Below are positions 11,684-22,760 of a stretch of DNA of 64,000 nt, in pieces (position 1 is the stretch's first letter; each line of letters opens with the position of its first letter). The notes below the pieces were generated by a model. That model was given only the letters and a program-made list of their open reading frames with translations. It was not told the DNA's origin and made no database searches. This DNA comes from Microbotryum violaceum (taxonomy: Eukaryota): contig CDLV01000007.1 in NCBI GenBank assembly GCA_001244265.2, positions 310,001 to 374,000 on the forward strand, in the 5' to 3' direction. The translations under genes and the position numbers were made by a program.

Positions 11684-14099
11684 TCAAAGCTCCTGTTCAC
11701 CCGTATAAGCCGGCAACCTCGTCGCGGCCTCGGCCCATTCCAACCTCCCCGAGCACAACTCGACCAATAACGTCACGACTTGTTCAACCTTACCGATGAC
11801 TTGGAAGGTCGTATCCCTTTCCCTCAAAGTGATGGTGCCGTTCTTGACGGAGGCGAAATCGATCGTCACGCCGTAGGGGGTACCCAATTCATCGTTTCGC
11901 GCATAACGTTTCCCGATCGACGCACCCGAGTCGTCGACGCGGGAAGCGATACCGAGGGATCTTAATTGGTTGGACACTTGTTTGGACAAGGGTTTCAATT
12001 CGGCGTTGTTCGAAAGAGGAACGATGAGGACTTTGACCGGTGCGACGGAAGGGGGGAGGGACAAAACGCCTCGGTTGACGTCCTCTGCTCGAGCCCAGTA
12101 GGAATGTTCGAGGAGGGAGTAGAGGATGCGACCGATGCCGAAGGAAGGTTCGATGACGTTGGGGACGAATTCGCGTACTTGTTCGCGAACGGTCACCGAT
12201 TTGATGGACATGACCGACGAAGGGATCTTGAATTCTTGGCCGTTGGGACCCTGGAAGAGGTACTCGCCTTTCTCCGTCAAGGCTTTTTGCGCCTCACTCG
12301 TTTGCTCCTGCGTGAGCTTGAGCAAGCCTTCTTCCAACGCCTTGGCATCCTTTTTGAACATGGGACCAAATGTCTTCTTCTCGAGGTTGATAACGAGCTT
12401 GTCGTACACGTGCACTTCGTCCAACGCCTTCCTGACCACCATCTTTTGCTGAGTCCTATTCGCATGGACGGTCAAATCGTACGCCGAACGATCGGCACAC
12501 CCAACGCATTCGATCCATCCGTACGAGTTCAAAATCTCGGCATCCCAACAATCCGCGGCGTAGTGAGCCATCTCATTGGCCATATGTTGACGGAATCGAA
12601 GTCGTTTAGGATCGATGCCAATCTTGGTGAGGAAGAGGTAGATCCTCGCGATGAAGTAACCTAACGTCATATTATCGACCATACCTTCCTCCACCGCTTG
12701 ACCGATCGTCGTGGTCGTCAAATCCGTCTTGCCCGATTCTTGCACCCCTTTGGGGAGGAATTGCATCTCGACGTGCTTGACCGAGTCGAAACGATCATGG
12801 GCCTTGTCCTGCGGATCGACGTAGTGTTCGATTTCGGCCATGGTGAACTCTCGTACGCGCAAGAGGCCTTGTTTGGGTGAGATCTCGTTACGGAACGAAC
12901 GACCGATTTGAGCCGAGGCGAAAGGGACGCGACCGTTGTTGAATTCGAGGAGGCGGTTAAAGTTGACAAAGTGGCCTTGAGCCGTTTCGGGACGGAGGTA
13001 GCTGTGAGGGGCCCGGCGGAAAGATTCAGCTCTCTCCGGTGGTCGAGTCCTGTGGGATGGATGTAGACACACGACCACTCACCCATGGATCTGGCCCGTA
13101 GGTCCAATCTGCGTCTCAAACATGAGGTTGAACTCGACCGGTTCCGACACCTCATTACCCGTATCCGGTGCCATGATCCCTTCCTTCCTAATCAATTCGC
13201 CCAATTCCTTGCCACCAAAGTTATCAATCTGCGCCATAACGGTTTCGTATTCTTCGGCTTTACCGTCGGGTAAGATTTGCGTCACCGTTTGAACGACCTT
13301 CTTCTTCTTCTTTTGGGTAGGGTCCTCAACGACAGGTTTCAAAGCGTGACCCCTCGCTTCGGCATCGGCTTTGATCCTCGCTTGAAGGACGCCTTCGACG
13401 AGATGATCGGCACGGTAAACTTCGTTCGTCTTGAGGTCGCGAACCATCCAATCGGTGAAACGATCGACGTGGCCGGACGTTTTGAGTACGTCCGAGAGGG
13501 TCATGATGGTGGTGTCGACTTCGAGCATCTCTTCTTCGATGATAAAGTGCTTGCGCCAGAGGTCGAGGATGTTCGCTTGTAGGGCCGCACCGGGGGGACC
13601 CTGCAGGGGAAAAGAGAGGTCAGCTGAGGAGTAGGAGGACGGGGAAGAGTAGGAGTGCTCGTTCGCAGCGTGCCAGCCGTAGTTAACTCACATAATCGTA
13701 CAGGCCCTTGACACCTGCAAAAATAAACCAACACAGACCAACGATCAGCTCAAAGGCCCAAATCCCACCGCACACGCGTAGTAGTACTGACTGACCTCCA
13801 TAAATCTCGAAAGCGGGACAAAAGAAGAACCTCCTCAATAACAGGGTTTCGATCGCCTGCCTCTCGAACGGATGGATCGTCTTATTGACTTGGTCGGGGT
13901 GGGAGACGGAGGCCATCTTTTGGGCGCGGTTGGGTTGTTTGACGGGGCTTGAGCGGCGGGTTGAGTAGGACGAGATGGGGGAGGGTCCTCGGCGTGGTGC
14001 AGGAAAATTGCCGGGTGCTGCACGGGGTAGCTGTAGCGCTTGACAAGTGCAGAATACGGTCGGTTGGAGGAAAGGCAGATGACGAATCAACAAGGGCAT
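11684..14099 (-). CDS. GRS1: Glycyl-tRNA synthetase (class II, eukaryotic homodimeric type); cytosolic start 13916, upstream in-frame ATG 14099
   Basis: YLRPETAQG, GRSFRNEISP, LRVREFTMAEIEH, GWIECVGCADRSAYDL, VIEPSFGIGRI and the anticodon-binding SIGKRYARNDELG; spliced 5' exons (AFEIYG/GVKGLYDY/GPPG). Confidence 0.96.
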
Positions 14100-14612
14100 G
14101 CACCGAGGGTACCGAAGCAAGCAGAACTGCCAGCAATGGGGACAGAGACCAAGCTCCGACGGTGACGATTTTGGGAGACTCGCCTTTTTTGACTCGTCTC
14201 GTGAAGATTTCCGCGCCGCGCATGAGCTGCTGACCTGAGCCGTGCTGAGATACATAATTGCAAAAACTGGATGAATCGGCAAAGCTGGATTTCCCGTCTC
14301 ACGTCTTGATCGGCTCTCGTAATAGTCAGCCAACGTACACCTCTCTCCGCCAGGCAAAAACCAAAACCAGTACGCCCAAGTATGTGCGAGAGAAAAACAC
14401 GAAAGGGGGCCACTTCCCAAGTCGCCCTTACGCGTATGGTGCGTCATTGCAGAAAAGAAAAAAGATGGAGCGAATCAAGCTTCTTCCTACGCATAAAACA
14501 CAGCAGCGGCGGCGCACAGGGAAATAATCCTCCCGTCTTCCTCCTTTTGGACATCGTTGCTCCCGCTCAACAGAAAACACCAACAACACAAGCTGCTCCT
14601 CCCCTTCGACGT

Positions 14613-15637
14613 TTAGTAACTGTGCGTGACAACGAGCCCCCGCAAAAAGAGTCAGTTCCCCTTCTCTTCTGCCCCACAGCTACCGTGCTGAAATTGAAGA
14701 AAACGTACCCGTAAACGGCGAGCTTCTCGTTGATCGAACCGGCGGACTTGAGCGCCTCGGCCTTGGCCTTGACGCCCTGCACCTTGCGTTCGTGGAACGC
14801 GGCGGCCTTGACTTTTCGCTTCTCCTCCAAGCGGTCAACGACGTCGCGGTAGGACCACCCGACCTCGTGCGAGAGGCGCTTGATCGTGCAGTACTTGCGG
14901 CCGGGCTTGAGGCGCAGCACACGCAGCGCCGAGGGGACGACCATCTTCTTCTTGCGGTCGTATGGCGGCGGCACACCTTCAAAGATCTTCAGGCGTTCCA
15001 AAGCGGCCGCACCACGCGCGGTCTGAAAGACGGATCATCTCGCGCGCAAGATCAGTACCTCTGCGTGGTCAAGGTCAAAGTTGTTTCAGCAGGGGGCGCG
15101 CGCTCACCTTGTGGGGGACCATGCCGCGGACGGTGCGGTAGAAGATGCGGCTGGGCGCACGGTGGTGGAAGGGACCGGACTTTTTGGGGTTGACCAAGTG
15201 ACGCTTGTTGAGGAACTCGTGGTAGCGCAGCTATATGAAGAAGAGGACAAACAGGTGTCAGCGCCGAAACGTTTCGTTCGCCGTCGTCCCTTCCTGCATC
15301 GTCGACGGTCAGGTTGTCGATCCTGATTCTGCCGTGCTCTCGACGTCTTCCTATCCTCTCACCACGCGCTTGCGGTTCGAAAAATCACCTTGGCACGGAA
15401 GAAGGAACCGGAAACGTTGATCAATTCGGCGCGGACGACGACGACCTTCTGCTCAGAAAAAGCCCACCACCCATCACGATGGTCAGCATTCGCTAATGGT
15501 GTCTTGGTGCCTCGATTCGGGACTGCGTGTACACGCACTTGACCGGTGAGGATCTGCTTGGCGACGATGGAGGCGAGGCGACCGAGGAGATGCCCCTTGC
15601 CGTCGATGACGATCGGTGCCGCGGAGATGGTGGCCAT
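14613..15637 (-). CDS. RPL16: 60S ribosomal protein uL13 (L16/L13a)
   Basis: [45 protein letters not shown] and [13 protein letters not shown]; final 7-nt coding exon (TTACTAA) at 14613-14619. Confidence 0.96.
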
Positions 15638-16529
15638 GGCTGAGTGTTTCCCGTGGAAAGATCGGCCGAGGGTGGGAAGGGTTGCGGAGCGCGTTGATGA
15701 ATGTCAAAGGGAGGTGCGAGTGGTGTGGGTGGTGCGTAGGCGCGGGTTGCGGGTTGCGGAGATGGCGTTCGAGGGGCGTGTACTCGGATCAGCTTTCCGG
15801 TCGCAAGTCTACGCAAGTTCAGTGGGAACCACTTCCAAGACTGACCTGTCGGAACTAAGATCGGGCCAGGACGAAACGCAGGGCGAGCGGGAAGGGCGTC
15901 GTGGGCAGGGAGAGATGGCGCACGAAAGTGAACGTCCAGCGGAGACACGCAGCAGCCACGGCGCAGAGGCGAGGGGCAAAAAAAGGCAAGTCCGCGTCAG
16001 CATACAATGTCCCTACTCTCCTACCCGATCAATCATCTAAGCCTATGGTCGTATTGGTCGTGCATGATCGGATGAACCGGACGGATCGATCGAGGATGTA
16101 GCGAGTGTTGCAAAGTGGCCTAGCCGTCGCGGGACGAGCCAGCCCAGGATGAGCCAGCGCGGGCCATCGCACACCCACAGACAAGACAGCCAGCGCTGCG
16201 AGAACGCAAATCGCCCAATTCGATTCCCCGCTGTTGGGCCAATTCCTTCCTCCTTCTGCCCTCCAAAGTCGTCCGTCGTCCGAGGTGCAGTCGTGTCGAG
16301 TAGCCATGGACCCAGGAACACACACCGTGTAGTCGTAGTAGGGCTTACAAAAAACAGAACGGGTGGACGGCGGGCGTGAAGTGACGGCGGGCGTGAGCAG
16401 ACCCAGTCAGCCAGTTCACGGGCCTGGCCTATTAGCGCTGCCGGGGGCTTCCCGCGCGGATTTTGTCCACGCTTGCGACGGGGTTTTGGGCCGCCGCATA
16501 AATGAAAAAAAGTTGAGCTTGGACCTCCC

Positions 16530-17213
16530 GCGAGATGGCTATATCGGAGAACGAGACACCTTCATGCACTTCTACTTTGAATGTGACCATTCACGTGAGT
16601 TCTGGCGCCTGACCTTGCAGCTGCTGAGGGTTGCACTTGGCCAGGCAGGTGACTTCCAACCTGGCGAAGTTGACTCCGTCTTCTCAGATCATGCTTGGCC
16701 TTCCTCGGGTGCGAGGCGGAAGTCGTGACTCTCGGACCTACATCGTCGTTCGGGTCGTTTTTGCGATTGCCTTCAACAGGCTCTACCTTGCTCAATGGCA
16801 TCAGCACAAGGATCAAATCCCCCTACCAACCCCGTACTTTCTTACTCATGAAGTCCGCTCGCATGACAAATTCCGACTTCGACGTCTGCCAGACGGCGAG
16901 CTTCTGGACCAGATGATGTGACTTGACGTTTTCATGAGCACGAAGTTTCTAAGTTTTCGCTCCTGATTTTCCTCCCCTCTCTCTCTCTCTCTCTTTCTCG
17001 ATTGTGCCTATTCTATTAACACCATGGAATAGGAAGGGTGGTGGGTGCTCACATGATTGGAATCACACTTTTGGTGGTTTCAGGAGTGTGGGGGCTGCAT
17101 GGATCTAGTGGCTATCACTTTAGATAAAGTCCAACCCCCCTTGTCAAGAAACATTGATTTTGCGTAGATAACTGAATATGTGAAATCTAATCAGGCTTGA
17201 TACAAAAAAAAAA
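16530..17213 (+). mobile_element. 5'-truncated, frameshifted non-LTR retrotransposon (LINE) 3' remnant
   Basis: ERDTFMHFYFECDHSREFWR resembles the second half of the LINE ORF2 C-terminal CCHC (zf-RVT-like E-T-x-x-H-x-F-x-x-C...W) motif. It is followed by degenerate coding sequence, an AT-richer UTR with a (CT)n tract and an A10 tail at 17204-17213. Confidence 0.6.
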
Positions 17214-17278
17214 TCGGAACATGGGCAAGAATTCATGTGTTACAACAACAAGCCACTTTGTCCCAATTCTAACCAGCG

Positions 17279-18315
17279 TCACTTGATCAACCATTCAGGT
17301 GCATACCTCGGATCATACTTGACCCTTTCCAGCGGAAAGCGATCGATGAACTGCGTGATCATCCCACGCACAACACAACACACACACCCTTGAATCAGCT
17401 TCATCTCCAACCAAACCAACCAAAAACAACAGAAAGAGCGCACCGCACTCCTACAACTCACCTCCAAATCAGCCACCCTCTCCCTCCCCTTTTCCGGTTT
17501 GCCGACCTGTCCCTCGGCCCACACCTTTTCATCGGGTAAGAACATGCGATATTCAGCCAAAGTCGCAGTAAAAGACCAGTGTTGTAAGAGGCGGAGCAGT
17601 GCTCCGAGTATGGAAGGGAGGAGGCGACCTTTGTTGTCGTGGATCAGGACTGCAGGGGGGGTTTAGGAGGGATGAGTCCTCCGGGATTTCAAGTTCGGAG
17701 GAGGGTGCTGGGTAGCTAGCTCACTGGGGAGGTTCCGAGAATCTGTGTTCCAAGTTCAAGGCACTCATGATCAGCAGTTCACACCCCATCAAACGCAAAC
17801 GATCCCCTCCTGCTCGCTTCCCTTACCTAGAATCTGTTCCAACGCTTCGACGATTTTGCCTTGATCCGGTTCGACGAACGGTTCTTTACTCGCCTCGATA
17901 CGATGATGGAATATATTCAACTTGTTCCTCTCGGCCCAATGAAGGGTATCGGGTCGGTAGTCGTCTTCACTTAGGTACCTTTCGATTGGCCAACGAGGGA
18001 GGGAGGTGTAAGTGGGGCTCCAAATTTACCGCTACCGTGCCGGTCACGGGATTCGCGATTCGTTCAAAGAGTGAACCTGGCTCACATGATGGACCGTAAC
18101 TTGAGCGTCTCCATGAAGGCAAAATTCTTGAGATTCGGATGGCCCGAACGATACACACCTATGCGCGGTGGGGTGTTGCCCCCATCAGTTGAAGCTGAGA
18201 CGCCGAGCGCTTCGAGGAGTGCGGTGCGGTGATGATATGAGAACGAACCTTTGAGTATCATCGCAAAGTTGAGTGGAGGGACGAGGATCTTGTGTGAGAG
18301 CGCATCTTGGGCCAT
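17279..18315 (-). CDS. Siw14/Oca-family (PFA-DSP) phosphatase-like protein, probably catalytically inactive (Oca2-like)
   Basis: N-terminal LVPPLNFAMI...GVYRSGHP...NFAFMETLKLRSIM is typical of the family; the P-loop region reads LIHDNKGRLLP; then LLRLLQHWSFTATLAEYRMF and RVADLEFIDRF. Confidence 0.85.
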
Positions 18316-18430
18316 GGAGATGATGCGTTTGGGGGGAGGGGAGGGCTCGAGCTGGGATGGTGGTCAAGCTGTTGCTGCTCGCTCGCACCTCTGCTGACGT
18401 CGCTTTCGGGGTTCCTCCTGCTTCCTCCTG

Positions 18431-18520
18431 TGCCGTCTCGTGCCCGCGCGTGCCCGCTCGTGCCCGCTCGTGCCCGCTCGTACCCGCTCGTGGCAGCTCG
18501 TGCGCTCTCGTGGGCGCGTG
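18431..18520. repeat. 10-bp minisatellite (consensus TGCCCGCTCG) x ~9 in a divergent promoter
   Basis: Direct reading of a 10-nt periodicity between the phosphatase-like gene and the NDK gene. Confidence 0.85.
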
Positions 18521-19049
18521 TGGCCAGCCAGTGCGCCCGGGCGCCTGCGATGCGCCGACCCGACCCGCGCATTCTGCAACGATTCGCAGCGGCGCAGATC
18601 GAGTTGGGAGTAGTAGCCAAGCGCGCCGCATCGCTCTTCTGTCCGCCACGCATCACTCTCACTTTACGTCAAGCCCACAAAAAGAAAACTGTAAGCACAC
18701 TTTGTATTCTTCGTTCCCACAAAGTTGGATCTACGGCGAGGAACATCGGCACTGCGCCTTCACGTAGGAATCCGTCGTGCGGAGCTCGAGCTGGGGGCGT
18801 GCGGATCCGCACAGGGTACACGAGGTCGTCATCGTTTGACTTGGCATAGACCGCTCGAAATCGTCCCTGGACTCGGGTCAAGCGCAATATCGCTCATGTT
18901 GAAGAGATCGACACCCCTCATCGCTACTCGCTTCTCTTTGCGGACCATATTCGCCTCTCCCAACTCCGCCTGGAAAGTCTGCCACGTCGACTAACCCACT
19001 CTCACTGCTTGCCCCGAACCCCGTCTTTTGTCAACGTAGTATCTTAAAA

Positions 19050-19917
19050 ATGGAGCAAACCTACATCATGATCAAGTTTGTATACGCTTTCTTTGGTCAC
19101 GAACTTCTAATAACTGACTTTGCTCTACATCATTTACTGCCCTCCTCCTCAGGCCCGACGGTGTTAACCGAGGTGCGCCAAGCCATTCACAACACCAGCA
19201 GTGTCTCCTCTCTAAACCTAAAAATCCCTTCTCTCCTCCTTCCCACCCTTTTCCCGACAGGCCTCGTCGGTGAAATCATCGCCCGCTTCGAAAAGCGCGG
19301 CTACAAGCTCGTCGCCTTGAAGATGGTCACCGCCTCGGTCGAGCATCTCGAGAAGCACTACGAGGACCTCAAGTCCAAGTCTTTCTTCCCCGGACTCGTC
19401 AAGTACATGGCTTCCGGCCCCGTGGTCGCGATGGTTTGGGAGGGCAAGGACGCCGTTAAGACTGGACGTGTCATTTTGGGCGCAACCAACCCTTTGGCTT
19501 CGGCGCCTGGTACCAGTGCGTTTCTCCAAAAATCGGTTTCTGTGCAGACAAAACGAGACAGGAATACTGGTTTGACCTTACACAATCCACTCGCAGTCCG
19601 AGGCGATTTTGCCATCGATGTCGGACGCAACGTCTGCCACGGCGTAAGCCACCCCATTTTTCCCGTCCGTTTGCTGTCTCTCCCACTGATCCATTCCTGT
19701 TCCCGTCTGCTCCCTTCAGTCCGATGCGGTCGAATCGGCCAAGGCCGAAATCGCGCTCTGGTTCCCCGAGGGCTTAAATCAGTACAAGCTCGCCAACGAG
19801 GTAAGTCACACCCCTTCCCCGTCCCATTACCGATACGTACAAGTTCTTTCCTTACTGAAGGGATCGATTCGCATTCGTTGATGTTTTGGTTCAACTTAGA
19901 TCTGGACCTACGAATAA
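19050..19917 (+). CDS. NDK1: Nucleoside diphosphate kinase
   Basis: [42 protein letters not shown] and [15 protein letters not shown](SD) with the catalytic His; ends IWTYE* at 19917; multiple introns. Confidence 0.96.
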
Positions 19918-20354
19918 ATGTAACGGTTCACTACTACTATTCCTGGAGAGCTCTCTCTTTTGGGTTCGAGAATTGGTTCACGTGCAATTAAAAAAAAGCA
20001 GGGATTCCGTCAAACTCAACTTTTCCCTCTTGGCTTCAGTCGTACAAACGAGGGATTATTTAAACCTTTACAAAGACCGGAGTATGACTATCCCTTGGGA
20101 GAGCATGGGGACGGAGGAGAGGGGTGGGGTTGGGTACGACGACATGCGCGACGTCCCTTGGGAGGTGCTCCTTCGAGTGAGCACGGACCTGCCCCGTCTT
20201 TCCCCACCACCTGCAGTGGGGTCGTTCAGGGACGTGTGCGCTTTTCTCTTCTCCCCACACACACACTCTCTCTCTAATTCCTAACCCATCTCAACCACGT
20301 CACGCCAATTTCACCCTTTCATCCCCATCCCCATCCGACTTATTCAAAACCACC

Positions 20355-21737
20355 ATGTTGCAACCCTTTCAATTACAAACCCTTGCCCACCCCGAGAAGA
20401 AGAAGAAGAAGACCCAAACCAGCCGGGCGATTCAAAGATCATCGAGATCGAGCTCAAGCTCAAGGTCGAGAATCTTTCTGGATGAGAATGAGATGGTTGA
20501 TCAAGGCAAACAAGTGGAGCATTATCAAGTTGGGTTGGAACCTGTTTGAGGAAAGAGGGATGGAAGTAGTGCGATGAAGGAGGTTCGAGGCATGCCAGGA
20601 GGGGCATCGGTTCCTCTGCGCGATCGTCGTGAACCGCTCAAACCGCTCAATTTTCAAAGTGGTGCGAGGAAATTTAGGACCAAAACAAAGCCTGACGAAG
20701 AACGGTGGATCGAGATCGAGCGCAAGCATGTCCAAGTCACTTCGTCGTACCATGAGGTATTCGCAGCTCCTCCCTTGCCTCGGACAAAGGGCGATCGACA
20801 GGCCAGGATGGGATCGACCCTCGAACTTCCCACAAGTCGTGTCGCTGTTCAGACCGAATCTTCTCAAGTACAGTCAAAACGAAGAGTACAACCAACGCCC
20901 TCCGACTCCGATATGAACCCGTCGTCGTCTCCAATCGAACCCGGTTGGATCCTCGACGATTCGGGCAAGGTCGTCAAGGTTTCACCTGATTGGGAGGAGG
21001 AGCCGCAGGAATGCGAGTGGGCGATGCGGAAAGGGCGGCGGGCAGATGATGTCGTTGCTCGTTGTCGTCAACTTGGTACTCGAGAGTTGTCGTCGGCCTC
21101 CCCTCCTCTTCATTCACCGATCACTTTACTCGAGGCGAAATGGGAAGCGATGCGTCGAGACGTGCCGAGCAACAGATCAATACAGGTCGCGCTCGTCAAC
21201 GATCTCCTCTTGGGTGCGGTGGCACGAGGTCTCGAGCTCAATCGAATGACACGGAAGCGAAGTGTCGACGCTACCCAAGACCAGCCTTCTGAAAACTTGG
21301 TTCGACCTGCCGAAACTTCAGAACCACGCGCCATGCCAACCTGCCGCAACTCCACCGGCCCCGCTGCCAACCCGACTATCGAAACACCGAACAAACCCCT
21401 ACCCAAAACAACTCATCTCGAACCTTCCCCCCTTGCAGAACTACAATTCATACCCCGTTCCCCCAATCCCCCCTCAAATCTTTTCCTTAACCCACGAGAA
21501 TACTACGTCCCTTACCTCGAGCTTCCCGAACGAACCAAGCTCCAACTTCTCCAACGTGCCTATGCAAGTTCGAGTACTAGTCTCCATCCCCGAACGAAGG
21601 AATTGCCGTTCGATTGCGGCGAGGGTGGAAAGGGTCAGGAGAGGGGGAGAGGGGAAAATTTACCGAGGGTTTGGGGGAACGCGCCGGAGGTGGAGTCATT
21701 GGTCGCTTGGGTGGGAAGTGGGATTGGGCCGGGGTAG
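20355..21737 (+). CDS. Hypothetical protein (387 aa from 20574, or about 460 codons from 20355 if the in-frame TGA at 20547 is bypassed)
   Basis: Long ORF 20574-21737; the upstream ORF 20355-20549 is in the same frame with a strong ACCACCATG context; no recognisable domain. Confidence 0.55.
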
Positions 21738-22760
21738 AGGTCGTTCGCGTGGGTACGGTGGGGGAGGGGGGAAGGGGGGGGTTCGGTAGGTGTTTGGAGG
21801 AGGGAGTTAGTACCGAGTTGGGTGGTCAGATGGTGGATTCTTGACGTCTATTGGGACTGGTTCATATTTATATTGTTGCGAGTCATGCGAACGGTGGTAT
21901 TCGAATGCGCAGGAAGGGAAGAGATAATACAGAAAGGGGGTTCCACCCAGTCGCTCGTTAGCGCTGTTCCAGACAGAGAGAGCATCCTTTGCCTCGGGAT
22001 AGACACACCACCCACGTCACTTAGGCGGAGGCCAAAAGCTGATGAAGACCAAACAGCGAAAAAGATCACGAGACGGATGTGGATGGTGGGAAGGTCGGAA
22101 GAGAAGAGGATACTTGAGCAAGAGCGTGAGATTTCTTACCCCGTTGACCGCGCTTGACCTCTTCAATGCCACGCAGAAGACCACTTTGTGTAGCATTTCT
22201 CTCAGTGCAGTAAAAAAAAATTAGCTGTACATTGACTCGCGGGCTTCAATAATTCTGTGCCCTAATTCTCAAAACTCTATCCTGATGAATTCACTTCTAG
22301 GCATCTCAGCTCAAGATTATGCAGCAGGCAGAGAGAACCAGTTTGTGTGAGAGGATCTGAGGAAACTCCCCATTGCAAGCAGCGACAATACCTAGGAAAG
22401 CGCGCATAGTCAGATAGAGTAGGTAGCCAGACCAAGGCAGAGTAGTATATACAAGTGGTTGTGGGGGTAAGAAAATAAAGGAGTCGATTCGACGTGCGTC
22501 AAGAGGAAGAGGAAAGATGGAAAGAGGTAGTTGATGAAGGGGTGTATGAACGAATGGCAGGTTGCCAGGAAAATGTTTTTGCGAATGAGTGATGCACGCG
22601 AATGTCTGTTTTTTGAGGGGTTGCAAGGTTGTTTGCTAAGATCGAGACGGCTCGGAGGAGCGCCTACGCGAGACTGCGCAACGACGGGAGAACAAGGCGA
22701 GAAGGCAGCTACGGACAGCTTTCTTGGCCCGGCAGTTGGACAACGAAAAAATTGTTTTGC

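Noticed and set aside
18431..18520. Short repeats as a CRISPR-like array
   Set aside because: Contiguous 10-mers with no spacers, no cas genes, and a eukaryotic context.
20547..20549. In-frame TGA as selenocysteine
   Set aside because: No redox-motif context or recognisable SECIS; Sec machinery is not known from Dikarya.
21850..22630. Possible small spliced gene on the minus strand (MRAFLGIVAAC..., GTAAGA donor)
   Set aside because: I could not assemble a stop-free exon chain.
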